Assembly: GCA_041320695.1 (NCBI GenBank)
Contig: JBGGOQ010000002.1
Span: 21,618 to 85,617 of the forward strand
Source: Caldicellulosiruptoraceae bacterium PP1
Lineage (GTDB): Bacteria; Bacillota; Thermoanaerobacteria; Caldicellulosiruptorales; Caldicellulosiruptoraceae
Length of the DNA stretch: 64,000 nucleotides
Direction of reading: 5' to 3'
The position numbers were made by a program, and so were the translations under genes. Below the pieces are notes generated by a model, which worked only from the letters and a program-made list of their open reading frames with translations, was not told where the DNA came from and did not search any database. Below, piece after piece: positions 20,399 to 30,992 of this stretch; position 1 is the first letter of the stretch, and each line of letters starts with the position of its first letter.

Positions 20399-22315
20399 AT
20401 GACTTTTGGTATTTCTGACCCAATGTTTGAACTTTTTATTTCAGAAACAAATGAGCTTCTTACAGAGCTTGAACTTATATTAATATCAAATGAAGATAAA
20501 AGACAATTTAGCAAAGATGATATAGATAATATTTTTAGAATAATGCATACAATAAAAGGCTCTTCAGCCATGATGTCAATTAAAAGTATTTCAGAGACTG
20601 CACATCTTTTAGAGAGTTTATTTTCTTTACTAAGAGAAAGTAATTGTATTGACTATGATTGTTCGGAAATTTCAGATATTGTTCTTGAAGCAATTGATTA
20701 CTTTAGAGCAGAGATAATCTCTATTCAGCAATGTAATGAACAAAAATTAAATCAATCATTAATAGAAAAAATTAACAATTCCTTTGAAAAATTAAAAAGC
20801 ACCCCAAGAGAAAGCTCGGATAAAACAGGTATAAAAAAAGATAATGCCGATGATGAAAACTGTCTTACATATAGGGCTATTATTTATTTTGTAGATGATT
20901 GTGGCATGGAAAATATTAGAGCCTTTACTTTACTCAATAATATAAAGGATTTATTTAACATAAAATTATATAAACCATCAGATATTTTAGAAAATAACAA
21001 TACTGCTGCAGAAATAAAGAAAAATGGATTTGAACTTATTTTTACAACAAATAAAAATGAGAAAGAAATTTATGATATTATTAATAGCAATTTATTTATA
21101 AAAAACATAAATATTCAAATAATGCAAGAAAAAAGTCAAAAATATTACTCTTATAATTCATTTAAACAAAACTTTATAAGTGTAAGTGTACACAAGCTTG
21201 ATAAACTTTTGGATTTAGTTGGTGAGCTTGTAACAACAGAAGCAATGGTTATACAAAATGAAGATGTTCAAAGACTTGATAATAGAAATTTTCAAAAAGC
21301 AATAAATCAATTAAAAAAGATAACCAATGAGCTGCAAGATACTGTCATGTCTATTAGAATGGTTTCACTATCATATATTTTTCAACAAATGCAAAGAATT
21401 GTTAGAGATATGAGTAGAAAATTAAATAAAAAAGTAACTTTAGAAATTATTGGAGAAGAAACTGAAGTTGATAAAAATGTTATAGAAAATATATCAGATC
21501 CATTGATACACCTTATTAGAAATGCAGTTGATCATGGTATAGAAACGCCAGATCAAAGAATACAAAAAGGAAAAAATGAAACAGGTAAAATTACTTTAGA
21601 AGCCAAAACTATAGGTAACAATGTTTATATATTTGTGAAAGATGACGGAAGGGGGTTAGATAAAGAAAAAATTTTAAAAAAGGCTATATCGTTAGGTTTA
21701 ATAAAAGACCAAAAGCAAGAGCTTACCGAAAAAGAAATTTATTCTTTTATATTCAAACCTGGTTTTACAACCAAAGATGAGGTAAGTGAGTTTTCTGGAC
21801 GTGGAGTTGGTATGGATATTGTTTTGAAAGATTTAGAAAAGATTAATGGTTCAATTACCATAGAAAGCGAAAAGGATAAAGGAACAACATTCATTTTAAA
21901 GATACCTCTTACTTTAGCGATACTTAACTGTATGGCGGTAAATGTAGGTAATACAACATTTACAATACCTACCTCTTTTGTTGTTGAATGCTTTAGGCTA
22001 ACAAAAGATAATTTGATAATTGACCCAGATGGAAATGAGTTTGTTTACATAAGAGGAAATGTTTATCCGCTTGTTAGAATAAATAAGCTTTTTTCTATAA
22101 CTAATGCTGTTGAAGAAATTGACCAAGGTATAGTGATTATGGTTCAAAATGATGATAAAAACATTGCGATTTTTGTTGATAGATTAATTGGTGAACAACA
22201 AATAGTAGTAAAACCACTACCTAAATACTTGCACAATGTAAATAGACTTATGGGACTAAGTATTCTTGGAGATGGAACTGTAAGTTTAATTCTTGATATA
22301 TCAAAACTTATATAA
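20399..22315 (+). CDS. cheA: chemotaxis histidine kinase CheA
   Basis: Hpt domain (MHTIKGSSAMM), dimerisation domain, HATPase_c (DDGRGLD...GRGVGMD) and a C-terminal CheW-like domain. Confidence 0.9.
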   Translation: MTFGISDPMFELFISETNELLTELELILISNEDKRQFSKDDIDNIFRIMHTIKGSSAMMSIKSISETAHLLESLFSLLRESNCIDYDCSEISDIVLEAIDYFRAEIISIQQCNEQKLNQSLIEKINNSFEKLKSTPRESSDKTGIKKDNADDENCLTYRAIIYFVDDCGMENIRAFTLLNNIKDLFNIKLYKPSDILENNNTAAEIKKNGFELIFTTNKNEKEIYDIINSNLFIKNINIQIMQEKSQKYYSYNSFKQNFISVSVHKLDKLLDLVGELVTTEAMVIQNEDVQRLDNRNFQKAINQLKKITNELQDTVMSIRMVSLSYIFQQMQRIVRDMSRKLNKKVTLEIIGEETEVDKNVIENISDPLIHLIRNAVDHGIETPDQRIQKGKNETGKITLEAKTIGNNVYIFVKDDGRGLDKEKILKKAISLGLIKDQKQELTEKEIYSFIFKPGFTTKDEVSEFSGRGVGMDIVLKDLEKINGSITIESEKDKGTTFILKIPLTLAILNCMAVNVGNTTFTIPTSFVVECFRLTKDNLIIDPDGNEFVYIRGNVYPLVRINKLFSITNAVEEIDQGIVIMVQNDDKNIAIFVDRLIGEQQIVVKPLPKYLHNVNRLMGLSILGDGTVSLILDISKLI

Positions 22316-22329
22316 ATCGGGGTGATTAT

Positions 22330-22827
22330 ATGTTTGATATGAATGAAGGCAACATAGAAAATATTGAAGATACCCAAAAAGATAAGTACCTGACTTTTTG
22401 TCTTGATAATGAAACATTTGGAATTGAGATAAGATTTGTATCAGAAATTATTAGCCTTCAGCCAATTACACCAATACCTGATGTTTCTTTGTATATAAAA
22501 GGTGTTATAAACTTGCGAGGCAAGATTATACCTGTTATTGATGTTCGTTTGAGATTTAACAAACAAGCAATTGAATATAATGATAGAACATGTATTATTG
22601 TTATTAATATTAAAGATATCTTTGTAGGCCTTATTGTTGATACTGTGTCTGAGGTATTAACTATACCACCACAGGATATAATTCAACCACATCAATATGG
22701 AAATTTAGCACATAGCAAATTTATTAAGTTTATTGGTAAAGTAGGCGATAATGTAAAGCTAATAGTCGATTGCGAAAAATTAGTAAATAATGAACTGGAG
22801 GAGATGCAAAATGAAGTGGTTCAATAA
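22330..22827 (+). CDS. cheW: chemotaxis coupling protein CheW
   Basis: 165 aa single CheW domain (…[19 protein letters not shown]…). Confidence 0.9.
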   Translation: MFDMNEGNIENIEDTQKDKYLTFCLDNETFGIEIRFVSEIISLQPITPIPDVSLYIKGVINLRGKIIPVIDVRLRFNKQAIEYNDRTCIIVINIKDIFVGLIVDTVSEVLTIPPQDIIQPHQYGNLAHSKFIKFIGKVGDNVKLIVDCEKLVNNELEEMQNEVVQ

Positions 22828-24778
22828 TCTGAAAGTAGCAGTTAGACTTTTTATTACATTTGCCGTATTAAATTTATTTATAGTAATTATAGGGATTGTA
22901 ACAATAAGTACAATTTTTAATATTGATAATAAACACGCATTAAATTATAAAGAATATGGTATATCTACTGGTTATATAAATAATGCTGCATACAATTTTG
23001 TTAGAATAAGAGTAAAATTAAGAGATTTGGTATTATTAGAAGATTTAAATTCCGTAAATACTATTATTTCTGATATAAATTTATATAATGAAGAAATGAA
23101 TAAAAATTTAAATCTATTTAAAAATACAATTGCTAAAGGTTCTGACGATGAGCAACAATTTGAGAGCTTAATTCAACAAATTGAACAATATAATCAAGTG
23201 AAAGATGAAATAATTAATGCCATTACAATTAACAAAGATTTTAAAAAAGCAAAAACAATTATGTATGACAACAGAGTAAAAACTATTGCCTCTGAAACAG
23301 ACAAAAAGTTTGAAAACTTAGCAAATAACAAAATACAAACAGGCAATAAAATAATAAAAGAAATATCCAAACAAATAAAAAATCAAACTATTGGTTTTGT
23401 TATTGCAATTTTAGTTATTGTCATTTTATCAATAATAATTTGTATACTTATTGCAGGTGGCTTATCAAAACCACTAACAAAATTAGTTGAAGTAGCAAAT
23501 AAGATATCAAAAGGAGAAACAAATATCAATATTGATGTTAACACCAAAGATGAAATAGGTGTACTGTCAAATGCTTTCAAGAATATGGCTGAAACAATTA
23601 ATAGATTAATTAATGAATTATCTAAACTTACTCAAGCTACCGAAGATGGTAATTTATCAAAGCGAGTTGATGCAAATCTATTTGAAGGAAGCTTTAAGGA
23701 TATAATCAATGGAATAAATAATACATTAGATACTGTTATTGAACCAATTAAAGAGGTTTCATTTGTATTGGGAGAATTAGCAAACGGAAATCTCGACAAA
23801 AAAATATCTGGGAACTATAAAGGCGATTTGTCAATATTAAAAGATGCCACAAATAATATGGTAGACTCTTTGAAGTTATATATTTCCGAAATATCTAATG
23901 TTCTTGATAGTATTGCTGATAAAAACCTTAATGTTAGTATTAATATTAAATTTAAAGGAGAATTTATTAAAATAGAACAATCACTTACGCTTATTATCAA
24001 TGCATTAAATGAAATTATAAATGAAATAAATAATTCAACTAATATAGTGAATCTTGGTGCAACGCAAGTTGCAGCAACTAGTCAGTCTTTAGCAAATGGA
24101 GCTACTGAACAAGCTGCTTCAATTGAAGAAATAAGTGCATCACTTGAGGAAATATCAAAAGGAACAAATAATACAGCCCAAAGAGCAAAGGAAGCAAATC
24201 ATCTTGCTAAAATTGCCAATGAAAATGCGCAAAAAGGTTCAAACCATATGAAAGATATGATAAATGCAATGTATGAAATAAATAATTCATCAAATGATAT
24301 TTCAAAAATAATTAAGGTTATAGATGAAATTGCATTCCAGACAAATATATTAGCTTTAAATGCTGCAGTAGAGGCAGCAAGGGCTGGGCAATATGGTAAA
24401 GGCTTTGCTGTTGTAGCTGAAGAAGTAAGAAACTTAGCACAACGTAGCTCTAATGCAGCAAAAGAAACTACAACCTTAATTGAAAATTCAATAGGTAAAG
24501 TGAAAGAGGGAACAAGAATTGCTGAAGAAACATCAAAAGCTTTAGGAGATATTGTTGAATCAGTAAATAAAGTGGCTGACATAATGGGACAAATTGATAT
24601 GGCTTCACAACAGCAAGCTGCAGCAATAACTCAAATTAATCAAGCTATACAACAAGTAGCACAAGTAACACAATCCAATTCGGCAGCAGCACAAGAAGCA
24701 GCAGCTTCAAGCGAAGAACTTCAAAGTCAAGCAGAAGTTCTTTCAAATATTGTTTCTTCATTTAAAGTAAAGAAATAA
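22811..24778 (+). CDS. methyl-accepting chemotaxis protein (2 TM, HAMP, MA domain)
   Basis: Signalling domain with [37 protein letters not shown] helices near aa 10-35 and 190-215, then HAMP. The ATG at 22811 after CTGGAGGAG is preferred over the ORF-track start at 22790. Confidence 0.9.
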   Translation: MKWFNNLKVAVRLFITFAVLNLFIVIIGIVTISTIFNIDNKHALNYKEYGISTGYINNAAYNFVRIRVKLRDLVLLEDLNSVNTIISDINLYNEEMNKNLNLFKNTIAKGSDDEQQFESLIQQIEQYNQVKDEIINAITINKDFKKAKTIMYDNRVKTIASETDKKFENLANNKIQTGNKIIKEISKQIKNQTIGFVIAILVIVILSIIICILIAGGLSKPLTKLVEVANKISKGETNINIDVNTKDEIGVLSNAFKNMAETINRLINELSKLTQATEDGNLSKRVDANLFEGSFKDIINGINNTLDTVIEPIKEVSFVLGELANGNLDKKISGNYKGDLSILKDATNNMVDSLKLYISEISNVLDSIADKNLNVSINIKFKGEFIKIEQSLTLIINALNEIINEINNSTNIVNLGATQVAATSQSLANGATEQAASIEEISASLEEISKGTNNTAQRAKEANHLAKIANENAQKGSNHMKDMINAMYEINNSSNDISKIIKVIDEIAFQTNILALNAAVEAARAGQYGKGFAVVAEEVRNLAQRSSNAAKETTTLIENSIGKVKEGTRIAEETSKALGDIVESVNKVADIMGQIDMASQQQAAAITQINQAIQQVAQVTQSNSAAAQEAAASSEELQSQAEVLSNIVSSFKVKK

Positions 24779-24790
24779 ATATATGAAAGT

Positions 24791-24830
24791 GAGGACGAAA
24801 GTTATAAATAATTCGTCCTCATTTTTTTTA
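24791..24830 (+). terminator. intrinsic terminator
   Basis: GAGGACGAA ... TTCGTCCTC followed by ATTTTTTTT. Confidence 0.6.
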
Positions 24831-25254
24831 GCTAAAATAAAGTGTAATTTTAAAATTGATATTGAATTCATAAATTTAAAATGCAATAAAGATAAACTAC
24901 TTTTAATTTTAAATTAGTTGATTGGTATTATCAATTTTTATCAAGATTTATAGAATGATTTTCTAAATAGATTTTTTGTTGGTTTGAAGGAGTTCCTTTA
25001 GCTAATATTATCTCTTTTGCTGAAGATGGCAAATAAATGTCGCTACTTAAATCAACTTTAATACCCTTATAAAATGCAACAAAAATTCTAACAGAATCTG
25101 TTCCTATTTCAACACCATTTGTATTAGAATATAAATCTTTTAAATCCTTACATTTAAAGCTACTTACTACTGATTATGTAAAAGAATTGCTGCCTTTCAT
25201 ATATATTTCTTTAAGAAAGGCAGCCCATAATAAACTAATTAAACATTCTTAAAA

Positions 25255-25794
25255 CTAATTAGAAAAACCTCTCATACCATAACCTTGCCCAGCACCACGA
25301 CCTTGAGCAGCACCTCTACCATTACCCATTCCTCTACCTTGGTTTTGTCCACCACCATTGCCAAATATGCCATATCCATTTTGTGGCCTATTTGTATAAC
25401 CTTGACCGTTACAGTTATCAATTCTTGATTTCATCTGAGCTTTTATTGCGTCTGCTTGTTCTTTTGTGATAACACCATCTTTAACTTTTTGGTCAACGTA
25501 AGCTGACTTTTCTTGGTATACAGTATCTTTAAATTTATCAGCTGTAACACCTTTCGATAGAGCTATTTCGTAAAATGTTTTTCCTTGTGCTTTTAAATCT
25601 AAAACCTCGTCTGTTTTAAGCCCGGTAAGTTTTGAAACAACTGATGCCATAAACTGTGCCCCATAACCTCTTGCTAAGTTTAGTCTTGTTGTGGTGGTAG
25701 AAGTAGTGTTGTTATTTGTGCTGGTTGCTGCAAAAACAGCTAAGTTTGCCACTAATACTAAAGTGGTAATTAATAATGCGATTTTTCTTTTCAT
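25255..25794 (-). CDS. secreted hypothetical protein with a Gly/Arg/Gln-rich C-terminal tail
   Basis: Signal peptide MKRKIALLITTLVLVANLAVFA, a Thr-rich linker and a low-complexity GNGRGAAQGRGAGQGYG tail. The ATG at 25794 follows GGAGGG by 7 nt, whereas the ORF-track start at 25809 lies inside that RBS. Confidence 0.5.
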   Translation of the reverse strand: MKRKIALLITTLVLVANLAVFAATSTNNNTTSTTTTRLNLARGYGAQFMASVVSKLTGLKTDEVLDLKAQGKTFYEIALSKGVTADKFKDTVYQEKSAYVDQKVKDGVITKEQADAIKAQMKSRIDNCNGQGYTNRPQNGYGIFGNGGGQNQGRGMGNGRGAAQGRGAGQGYGMRGFSN

Positions 25795-25913
25795 TTTTAA
25801 ACCCTCCAAAATTTAATTTGTTTTATGAGTTAAGTATATATTGGCTTTGTGATAGTTGTTTGTGAAATTTGTGTAGTTTTTGTGAAGTTAAAAAATTGAA
25901 TTATAATCTGATA

Positions 25914-25960
25914 AAAAAAGGCACACACATAATATCATTAAATTATGGTGTGCCTTTTTT
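25914..25960. terminator. bidirectional terminator hairpin downstream of the Fic-family gene
   Basis: AAAAAAAGGCACACACAT ... ATGGTGTGCCTTTTTT. Confidence 0.5.
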
Positions 25961-25975
25961 AAAACTAATTTTTCA

Positions 25976-26782
25976 TTATTCATTTTTAATTCTATTTTCT
26001 GAAATCTCATTAGCAATTTTTATAATCTCAATATATCTTTTGAGTTCTTCCTCAAGATATTGACTAACAAGTGATATCATATCGGTTGGATCTTTATCTT
26101 TTTGATGGTAACTTATAAAACATTCATAGTAACGTTTACGATCACTATATTTAATATTGATAGGCGGAAAACCTTCTTTCATTAATTCAAGGTTTAATAA
26201 TAGTCGTCCAGTTCTGCCATTACCATCAATAAAAGGATGTATAGATTCAAATTCTAAATGAAACAATGCTACACGTTCCACAACATGCAAAGATGACATT
26301 TGATGATATCTTGATATAAGTTGCTCCATTAATGAAGGTATAAGATAGGGTTGTGGTGGTGTGTAATCAGAACCCATGATTGTTACAGGAACACGACGGT
26401 AGAAACCTCTATCCTCTCTCCTATCCATTAAGACCAAGCTATGAATTTCTTTTATTATTTTTTCAGATAAAGTAACTTTCTTTTTTACTAATTCTTCTAC
26501 ATAAAGCCATGCTTCTTTATGGCCTATAGCTTCTAAATGGTCTTTAAGAGGTTTTTTATCAATTGTAATACCTTCCTTTATTACAAGAGCGGTTTCTTGA
26601 AGTGTTAATGTATTGCCTTCTATTGCGTTTGAATTATAAGTAAAATTAATTAAAAATTCCTCTCTTAATCTTAGTAATTCAGTTTCAGTAAGTGGTCTGT
26701 ATGAATTTAACTCTTTGAAAAGTTCATCGATTTTTTTAAAAGTAGCTATTTTAGCTCCCTCATTTCTATTTTCATCTAAGAT
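25976..26782 (-). CDS. Fic-family protein with canonical HPFx[DE]GNGRxxR motif, start codon unresolved (possible pseudogene)
   Basis: Fic motif HPFIDGNGRTGRLL. An N-terminal S-x-x-x-E-G inhibitory-helix motif (SNAIEGNTL) lies in an in-frame extension upstream of the ORF-track start (TTG at 26437). The open frame runs to a TAA at 26783-26785 with no ATG, GTG or TTG in its first ~115 codons. Confidence 0.6.
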   Translation of the reverse strand: MLDENRNEGAKIATFKKIDELFKELNSYRPLTETELLRLREEFLINFTYNSNAIEGNTLTLQETALVIKEGITIDKKPLKDHLEAIGHKEAWLYVEELVKKKVTLSEKIIKEIHSLVLMDRREDRGFYRRVPVTIMGSDYTPPQPYLIPSLMEQLISRYHQMSSLHVVERVALFHLEFESIHPFIDGNGRTGRLLLNLELMKEGFPPINIKYSDRKRYYECFISYHQKDKDPTDMISLVSQYLEEELKRYIEIIKIANEISENRIKNE

Positions 26783-26902
26783 TTATTATAATGTATTAAT
26801 ACTGTAATTTCTATTATCTCATAGAGTAATTAATATTGTAATCTTAATATAAACTATTGGATAATTATTACTAATATATTTTTAAAGAAAGGTATAATTA
26901 AA

Positions 26903-26931
26903 TTGACAAACTGCAATTATTGATATAATAT
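26903..26931 (+). promoter_or_regulatory. sigma-A promoter of the amylase gene (TTGACA ... TGATATAAT extended -10)
   Basis: -35 TTGACA at 26903-26908 and extended -10 TGATATAAT at 26921-26929 (15-nt spacer to TATAAT, or 17 nt to TAATAT). The block is duplicated at 33162-33190. Confidence 0.5.
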
Positions 26932-26966
26932 TAATGCAAACGATAGCATTAAAAGGGGAGGATTTG

Positions 26967-28508
26967 ATGAAAAGATATATTAAGCTTACTTTAATCATTA
27001 TTTTATCAGCTTTATTCTTGAACTTATCAACAAACATAGTTTCAATTGCCCAACAACAAGAAAGACAAAAACAAGATGGCATGATTTTTTATGAAATTTT
27101 TGTAAGGTCATTTTACGACAGTAATGGTGATGGTATTGGGGATATCAATGGACTATCTGAAAAACTTTCTTATATAAAATCATTAGGTGTAAATGGAATA
27201 TGGCTTATGCCAATATTCGAATCTCCAAGCTATCATGGATATGATGTTACAGATTACTATAAAATAAATCACGAATATGGAACAAACCAAGATTTTGTTA
27301 ATTTCTTAAATAAGGCTCATAAGATGGGTATAAAAGTTATTATTGATTTAGTAATAAATCATACAAGTAGTCAGCATCCTTGGTTTGTAGATGCTTCAAC
27401 AAATGTAAAAAGTAAATACAGAAACTATTATATATGGGCAGATAAAAATACAAATTTAAGTGAGCCTTCTCCTTTTGGGACTAAGCAATGGTATCAAAAG
27501 GGTGATAGTTATTATAATGCAATATTTTGGTCTGAGATGCCTGACTTAAATTTTGACAACAAAGATGTAAGAAATGAAATGAAAAAAATAGCAAAGTTTT
27601 GGTTGGATAAAGGAGTAGATGGATTTAGATTTGATGCTGCAATGCATATGTATCCACCAAGTAGAGAAAAGGATAATTTATCATGGTGGCAAGAATATAC
27701 AGACTATTGTAGAAGTATAAAGAAAGACATATATCTTATAGGTGAGGTATGGGATAATTCTGAAAGAATAGCATCTTACATGAAGGTATTTGATTCTTGC
27801 TTTAACTTTACTTTAGCAAGCGATATTGTTGACGGTGTCAATTATGAATCTTCTTATAGTTTGCAAGAAAATTTACCACAGATTTATGAGTTTTATAAAA
27901 AATCAAACAAAAATTTTGTTGATGCTCCTTTTTTGACAAATCATGATATGAACAGAGTTTTTACTGTAATTAATAATAAAGATAAAATGAAATTAGCAGC
28001 AGCTTTATTATTAACTCTACCAGGCAATCCTTTTATCTATTATGGTGAAGAAATTGGTATGAAAGGTCAAAAACCAGATGAGTTTATACGAGAGCCATTT
28101 AAATGGTTTGATGTTACAGGTAAAGGACAGACTGCTTGGGAAATCAATCTTTATAACACAGGAATTTATACTGTTTCTGTTGAAAAACAAGAAAAGGATA
28201 AAAATTCACTACTTAATTTTTATAAAGATATGATAAGTTTTAGAAAAAGTAATTTACCTATTTTAAAAGGAGACTTTAAACTAATAAAAACATCTGAGAA
28301 TTTATTTGCTTTTGTAAGGACATATAATGATAAAAATATGCTAATGATATTTAACTTTACTGATAAGAACATATCACAAAGTTTAACATTACCAAAAGAA
28401 ATAAATATTAAAGGGTCATTATCAAAAGGGCAAGGATATATTTCATGGACTAAAGATAAGAAATTAAGTTTTAAATTAAAGCCATATTCATTTATGGTTG
28501 TAAAGTAA
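26967..28508 (+). CDS. secreted alpha-amylase-family glycoside hydrolase (GH13)
   Basis: Signal peptide MKRYIKLTLIIILSALFLNL. GH13 regions I DLVINH, II GFRFDAAMH, III GEVWD, IV FLTNHD. The ATG at 26967 follows GGGGAGG. Confidence 0.85.
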   Translation: MKRYIKLTLIIILSALFLNLSTNIVSIAQQQERQKQDGMIFYEIFVRSFYDSNGDGIGDINGLSEKLSYIKSLGVNGIWLMPIFESPSYHGYDVTDYYKINHEYGTNQDFVNFLNKAHKMGIKVIIDLVINHTSSQHPWFVDASTNVKSKYRNYYIWADKNTNLSEPSPFGTKQWYQKGDSYYNAIFWSEMPDLNFDNKDVRNEMKKIAKFWLDKGVDGFRFDAAMHMYPPSREKDNLSWWQEYTDYCRSIKKDIYLIGEVWDNSERIASYMKVFDSCFNFTLASDIVDGVNYESSYSLQENLPQIYEFYKKSNKNFVDAPFLTNHDMNRVFTVINNKDKMKLAAALLLTLPGNPFIYYGEEIGMKGQKPDEFIREPFKWFDVTGKGQTAWEINLYNTGIYTVSVEKQEKDKNSLLNFYKDMISFRKSNLPILKGDFKLIKTSENLFAFVRTYNDKNMLMIFNFTDKNISQSLTLPKEINIKGSLSKGQGYISWTKDKKLSFKLKPYSFMVVK

Positions 28509-28782
28509 ATAGTTTAAATTATACAAGAGGCTGCCATATTTTCTTTTTGGACAGCCTCTAAATTTTTATGCAAGTCGGCAAGAACACTCGTGACTTTAGT
28601 CATAAGATGAATTGCTGACATAATCTTTAAGAATAGTGATAAGCAAATTATTGGTATAAAATGGTTTTGTGATAGATAAATAAAGAATTTGTATAATTTA
28701 TATGAAAATTAAAAATTTGAATGATATATAGTTTAGGATTAAAATTAAATTAATAATATCTATTTTGCAGGAGGAAACTTCT

Positions 28783-29436
28783 TTGAAAATATTGTTAGTT
28801 GAAGATGAAGAAAAAATCAGAAAGGTAATCAAATTATATCTTGAAAAAGAAGGATTTATTGTAGAAGAAGCAACTGATGGAATTGAGGCAATTGAAAAAT
28901 TTAAACCTTCAACCTTCTCAGTTGTTATCCTTGATGTTATGCTACCTCAAAAAGATGGTTGGAGTGTTTTAAGAGAAATAAGAAAAAAAGATGATACTCC
29001 TGTTATTATGTTAACAGCTCGTGGGGAAGAAGATGATAAGATATTTGGATTTGATTTAGGGGCTGACGATTATGTTGTAAAACCTGCAAGCCCTAAAGAG
29101 ATTGTTGCAAGAGTAAAGGCCATTTTAAAAAGAACAAAAAAAGATAAACAAAGTGAATTATTGTTTATTGATAAAGCTGCTCGAGAAGTTTATGTAAAAG
29201 GCAACAGGATAAATCTAACACAGAAAGAATATGAGCTTTTACTTTATCTTTATGAAAGACAAAATACTGCTTTATCACGAGAACAAATTCTTGATGCTGT
29301 ATGGGGTTATGACTATTTTGGTGACCTTAGAACTGTTGATACACATATAAAAAACCTAAGGGAGAAGTTAGGGGAAATACGTGAATATATTGAAACAGTT
29401 AGAGGGTATGGATATAGATTTGAGGTGAAAAAATGA
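28783..29436 (+). CDS. OmpR-family two-component response regulator
   Basis: Receiver domain (MKILLVEDEE...D...K) and a winged-helix trans_reg_C domain (…RTVDTHIKNLREKL). The TTG at 28783 lies 8 nt after GCAGGAGG. The ORF-track start at 28765 overlaps that RBS. Confidence 0.85.
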   Translation: MKILLVEDEEKIRKVIKLYLEKEGFIVEEATDGIEAIEKFKPSTFSVVILDVMLPQKDGWSVLREIRKKDDTPVIMLTARGEEDDKIFGFDLGADDYVVKPASPKEIVARVKAILKRTKKDKQSELLFIDKAAREVYVKGNRINLTQKEYELLLYLYERQNTALSREQILDAVWGYDYFGDLRTVDTHIKNLREKLGEIREYIETVRGYGYRFEVKK

Positions 29437-30785
29437 AGAAAATTAGCTTTAAGCTATTAATATATACAATGATTCTATTATTCTTACTTATGGCATTTAG
29501 TTTATTATTACAAGGTAATATTATTACAAATGCTTTTAAATCCAATCAAAAAGATAAAATGATTCAATATGCAAAAAATATAACAGATAAAATAAAGAAT
29601 AATAGCGATTATCTATCCGAAGCACAAAATATTTCAAACATGATAGATGGTAGGGTATCAATATATGATTCAAACCAGAATTTGATAGCATCTTATGGTA
29701 GATTCATGTTTGGAAGGACAAGGAATATTGAAAATCAAATAATCTCAGATGTACTATCAGGGAAAACTATGTACCAGACAGATCAAAAAACATTTCAAGG
29801 AAGCACCATTGTTACTTTAGGGGTACCAATAATTAATAATAAAATACAAGGAGCTATATTTATTCATGTTCCTATACGCGATGTACAGAAGGATGTTCAA
29901 AATGTGAAAAACCAGATATTTATACTTTTCATCTTAGCATTACTTATTTCTATTATTGGTGCATATATATTAAGCAGTTTATTTACAAAACCAATACTTA
30001 AGATTAATAATGCTGCAAAAGCTATATCAAATGGGAACTATAATGTAAAAATTCATATAAAAAATAAAGACGAGATTGGAGAGCTTGCTAAAACTATTAA
30101 TCAGATGGCTCAAGACCTTTTAACAACAGATAAATTAAAAAAGGATTTCATTGCTAATATAACACATGAATTAAGAACCCCATTAAGTATAATAAAAAGT
30201 TATGCAGAGGCAATTAATGATGGTATGTTAGATGAACAAGGTATTAAAGAATATTCTTATTCAATTATTGAGGAATCTGAACATCTAAACAGACTGGTAA
30301 ATGAGATATTAGAACTTTCAAAGCTTCAATCAGGTGTTGTTCAAATAAAAGAACAGGATATTGAATTAAAAACACTTTTTTCTGAAATTATCAAAGATTT
30401 TAGCAAAATAAAAGGTAGTAGAGAAATTTTTTTAGAATCTGAAGATGTCAAATTAAAAGGAGATAAAGAGCTACTAAAAAGAGCATTTAGCAATATTATA
30501 ATAAATGCAATTAACCATACAACTGATTCTGGAAAAATTAACATCAAAATTTATAAAGAAGATGGTAAAATTAAGGTATCAATAAAAGATGATGGGGAAG
30601 GTATTGATCCTAAAGATTTACCATATATTTTTGAAAGATTTTATAGAGCAAATAATAAGAAGGGTATTGGTGGACTGGGACTACCAATAGCCCAAGAGAT
30701 AATAAAGATGCATAATGGGAATATTAATGTAATTAGTCAATTAGGGAAAGGGACTGAGCTTATAATTAACTTTTTTCATAAATAA
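29433..30785 (+). CDS. sensor histidine kinase (2 TM, HAMP, HisKA, HATPase_c)
   Basis: H-box ITHELRTPLS, N/G boxes (…NAINHT…, DDGEGID…GGLGLPIAQ). Overlaps the regulator gene by 4 nt. Confidence 0.85.
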   Translation: MKKISFKLLIYTMILLFLLMAFSLLLQGNIITNAFKSNQKDKMIQYAKNITDKIKNNSDYLSEAQNISNMIDGRVSIYDSNQNLIASYGRFMFGRTRNIENQIISDVLSGKTMYQTDQKTFQGSTIVTLGVPIINNKIQGAIFIHVPIRDVQKDVQNVKNQIFILFILALLISIIGAYILSSLFTKPILKINNAAKAISNGNYNVKIHIKNKDEIGELAKTINQMAQDLLTTDKLKKDFIANITHELRTPLSIIKSYAEAINDGMLDEQGIKEYSYSIIEESEHLNRLVNEILELSKLQSGVVQIKEQDIELKTLFSEIIKDFSKIKGSREIFLESEDVKLKGDKELLKRAFSNIIINAINHTTDSGKINIKIYKEDGKIKVSIKDDGEGIDPKDLPYIFERFYRANNKKGIGGLGLPIAQEIIKMHNGNINVISQLGKGTELIINFFHK

Positions 30786-30992
30786 TAATATGAATAATTA
30801 ACACAAAAAATTTTAATTTTATTTTAAATGATTATTCTTATAATAAACAAAACAAGAACTAAAAATAACTGCAAAAAAGCCTTATTATGTATATAAACTT
30901 TGTTTTTTTGATTAATATGTTACAGGGATACACCTTTTTGAAAAGAAATTTCAACTACAAAGGTGTATCCCAAATATTTTGTAAGGAGATTT

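Noticed and set aside
25869-26063. 64-aa plus-strand ORF
   Set aside because: Overlaps the Fic gene 3' end and its terminator on the opposite strand. Hydrophobic low-complexity translation with no RBS.
26934-26966. ORF-track start of the amylase at 26934 (MQTIALKGEDL...)
   Set aside because: It overlaps the -10 element and leader. The ATG at 26967 follows a strong GGGGAGG RBS and begins a canonical signal peptide (MKRYIKLTLIII...).
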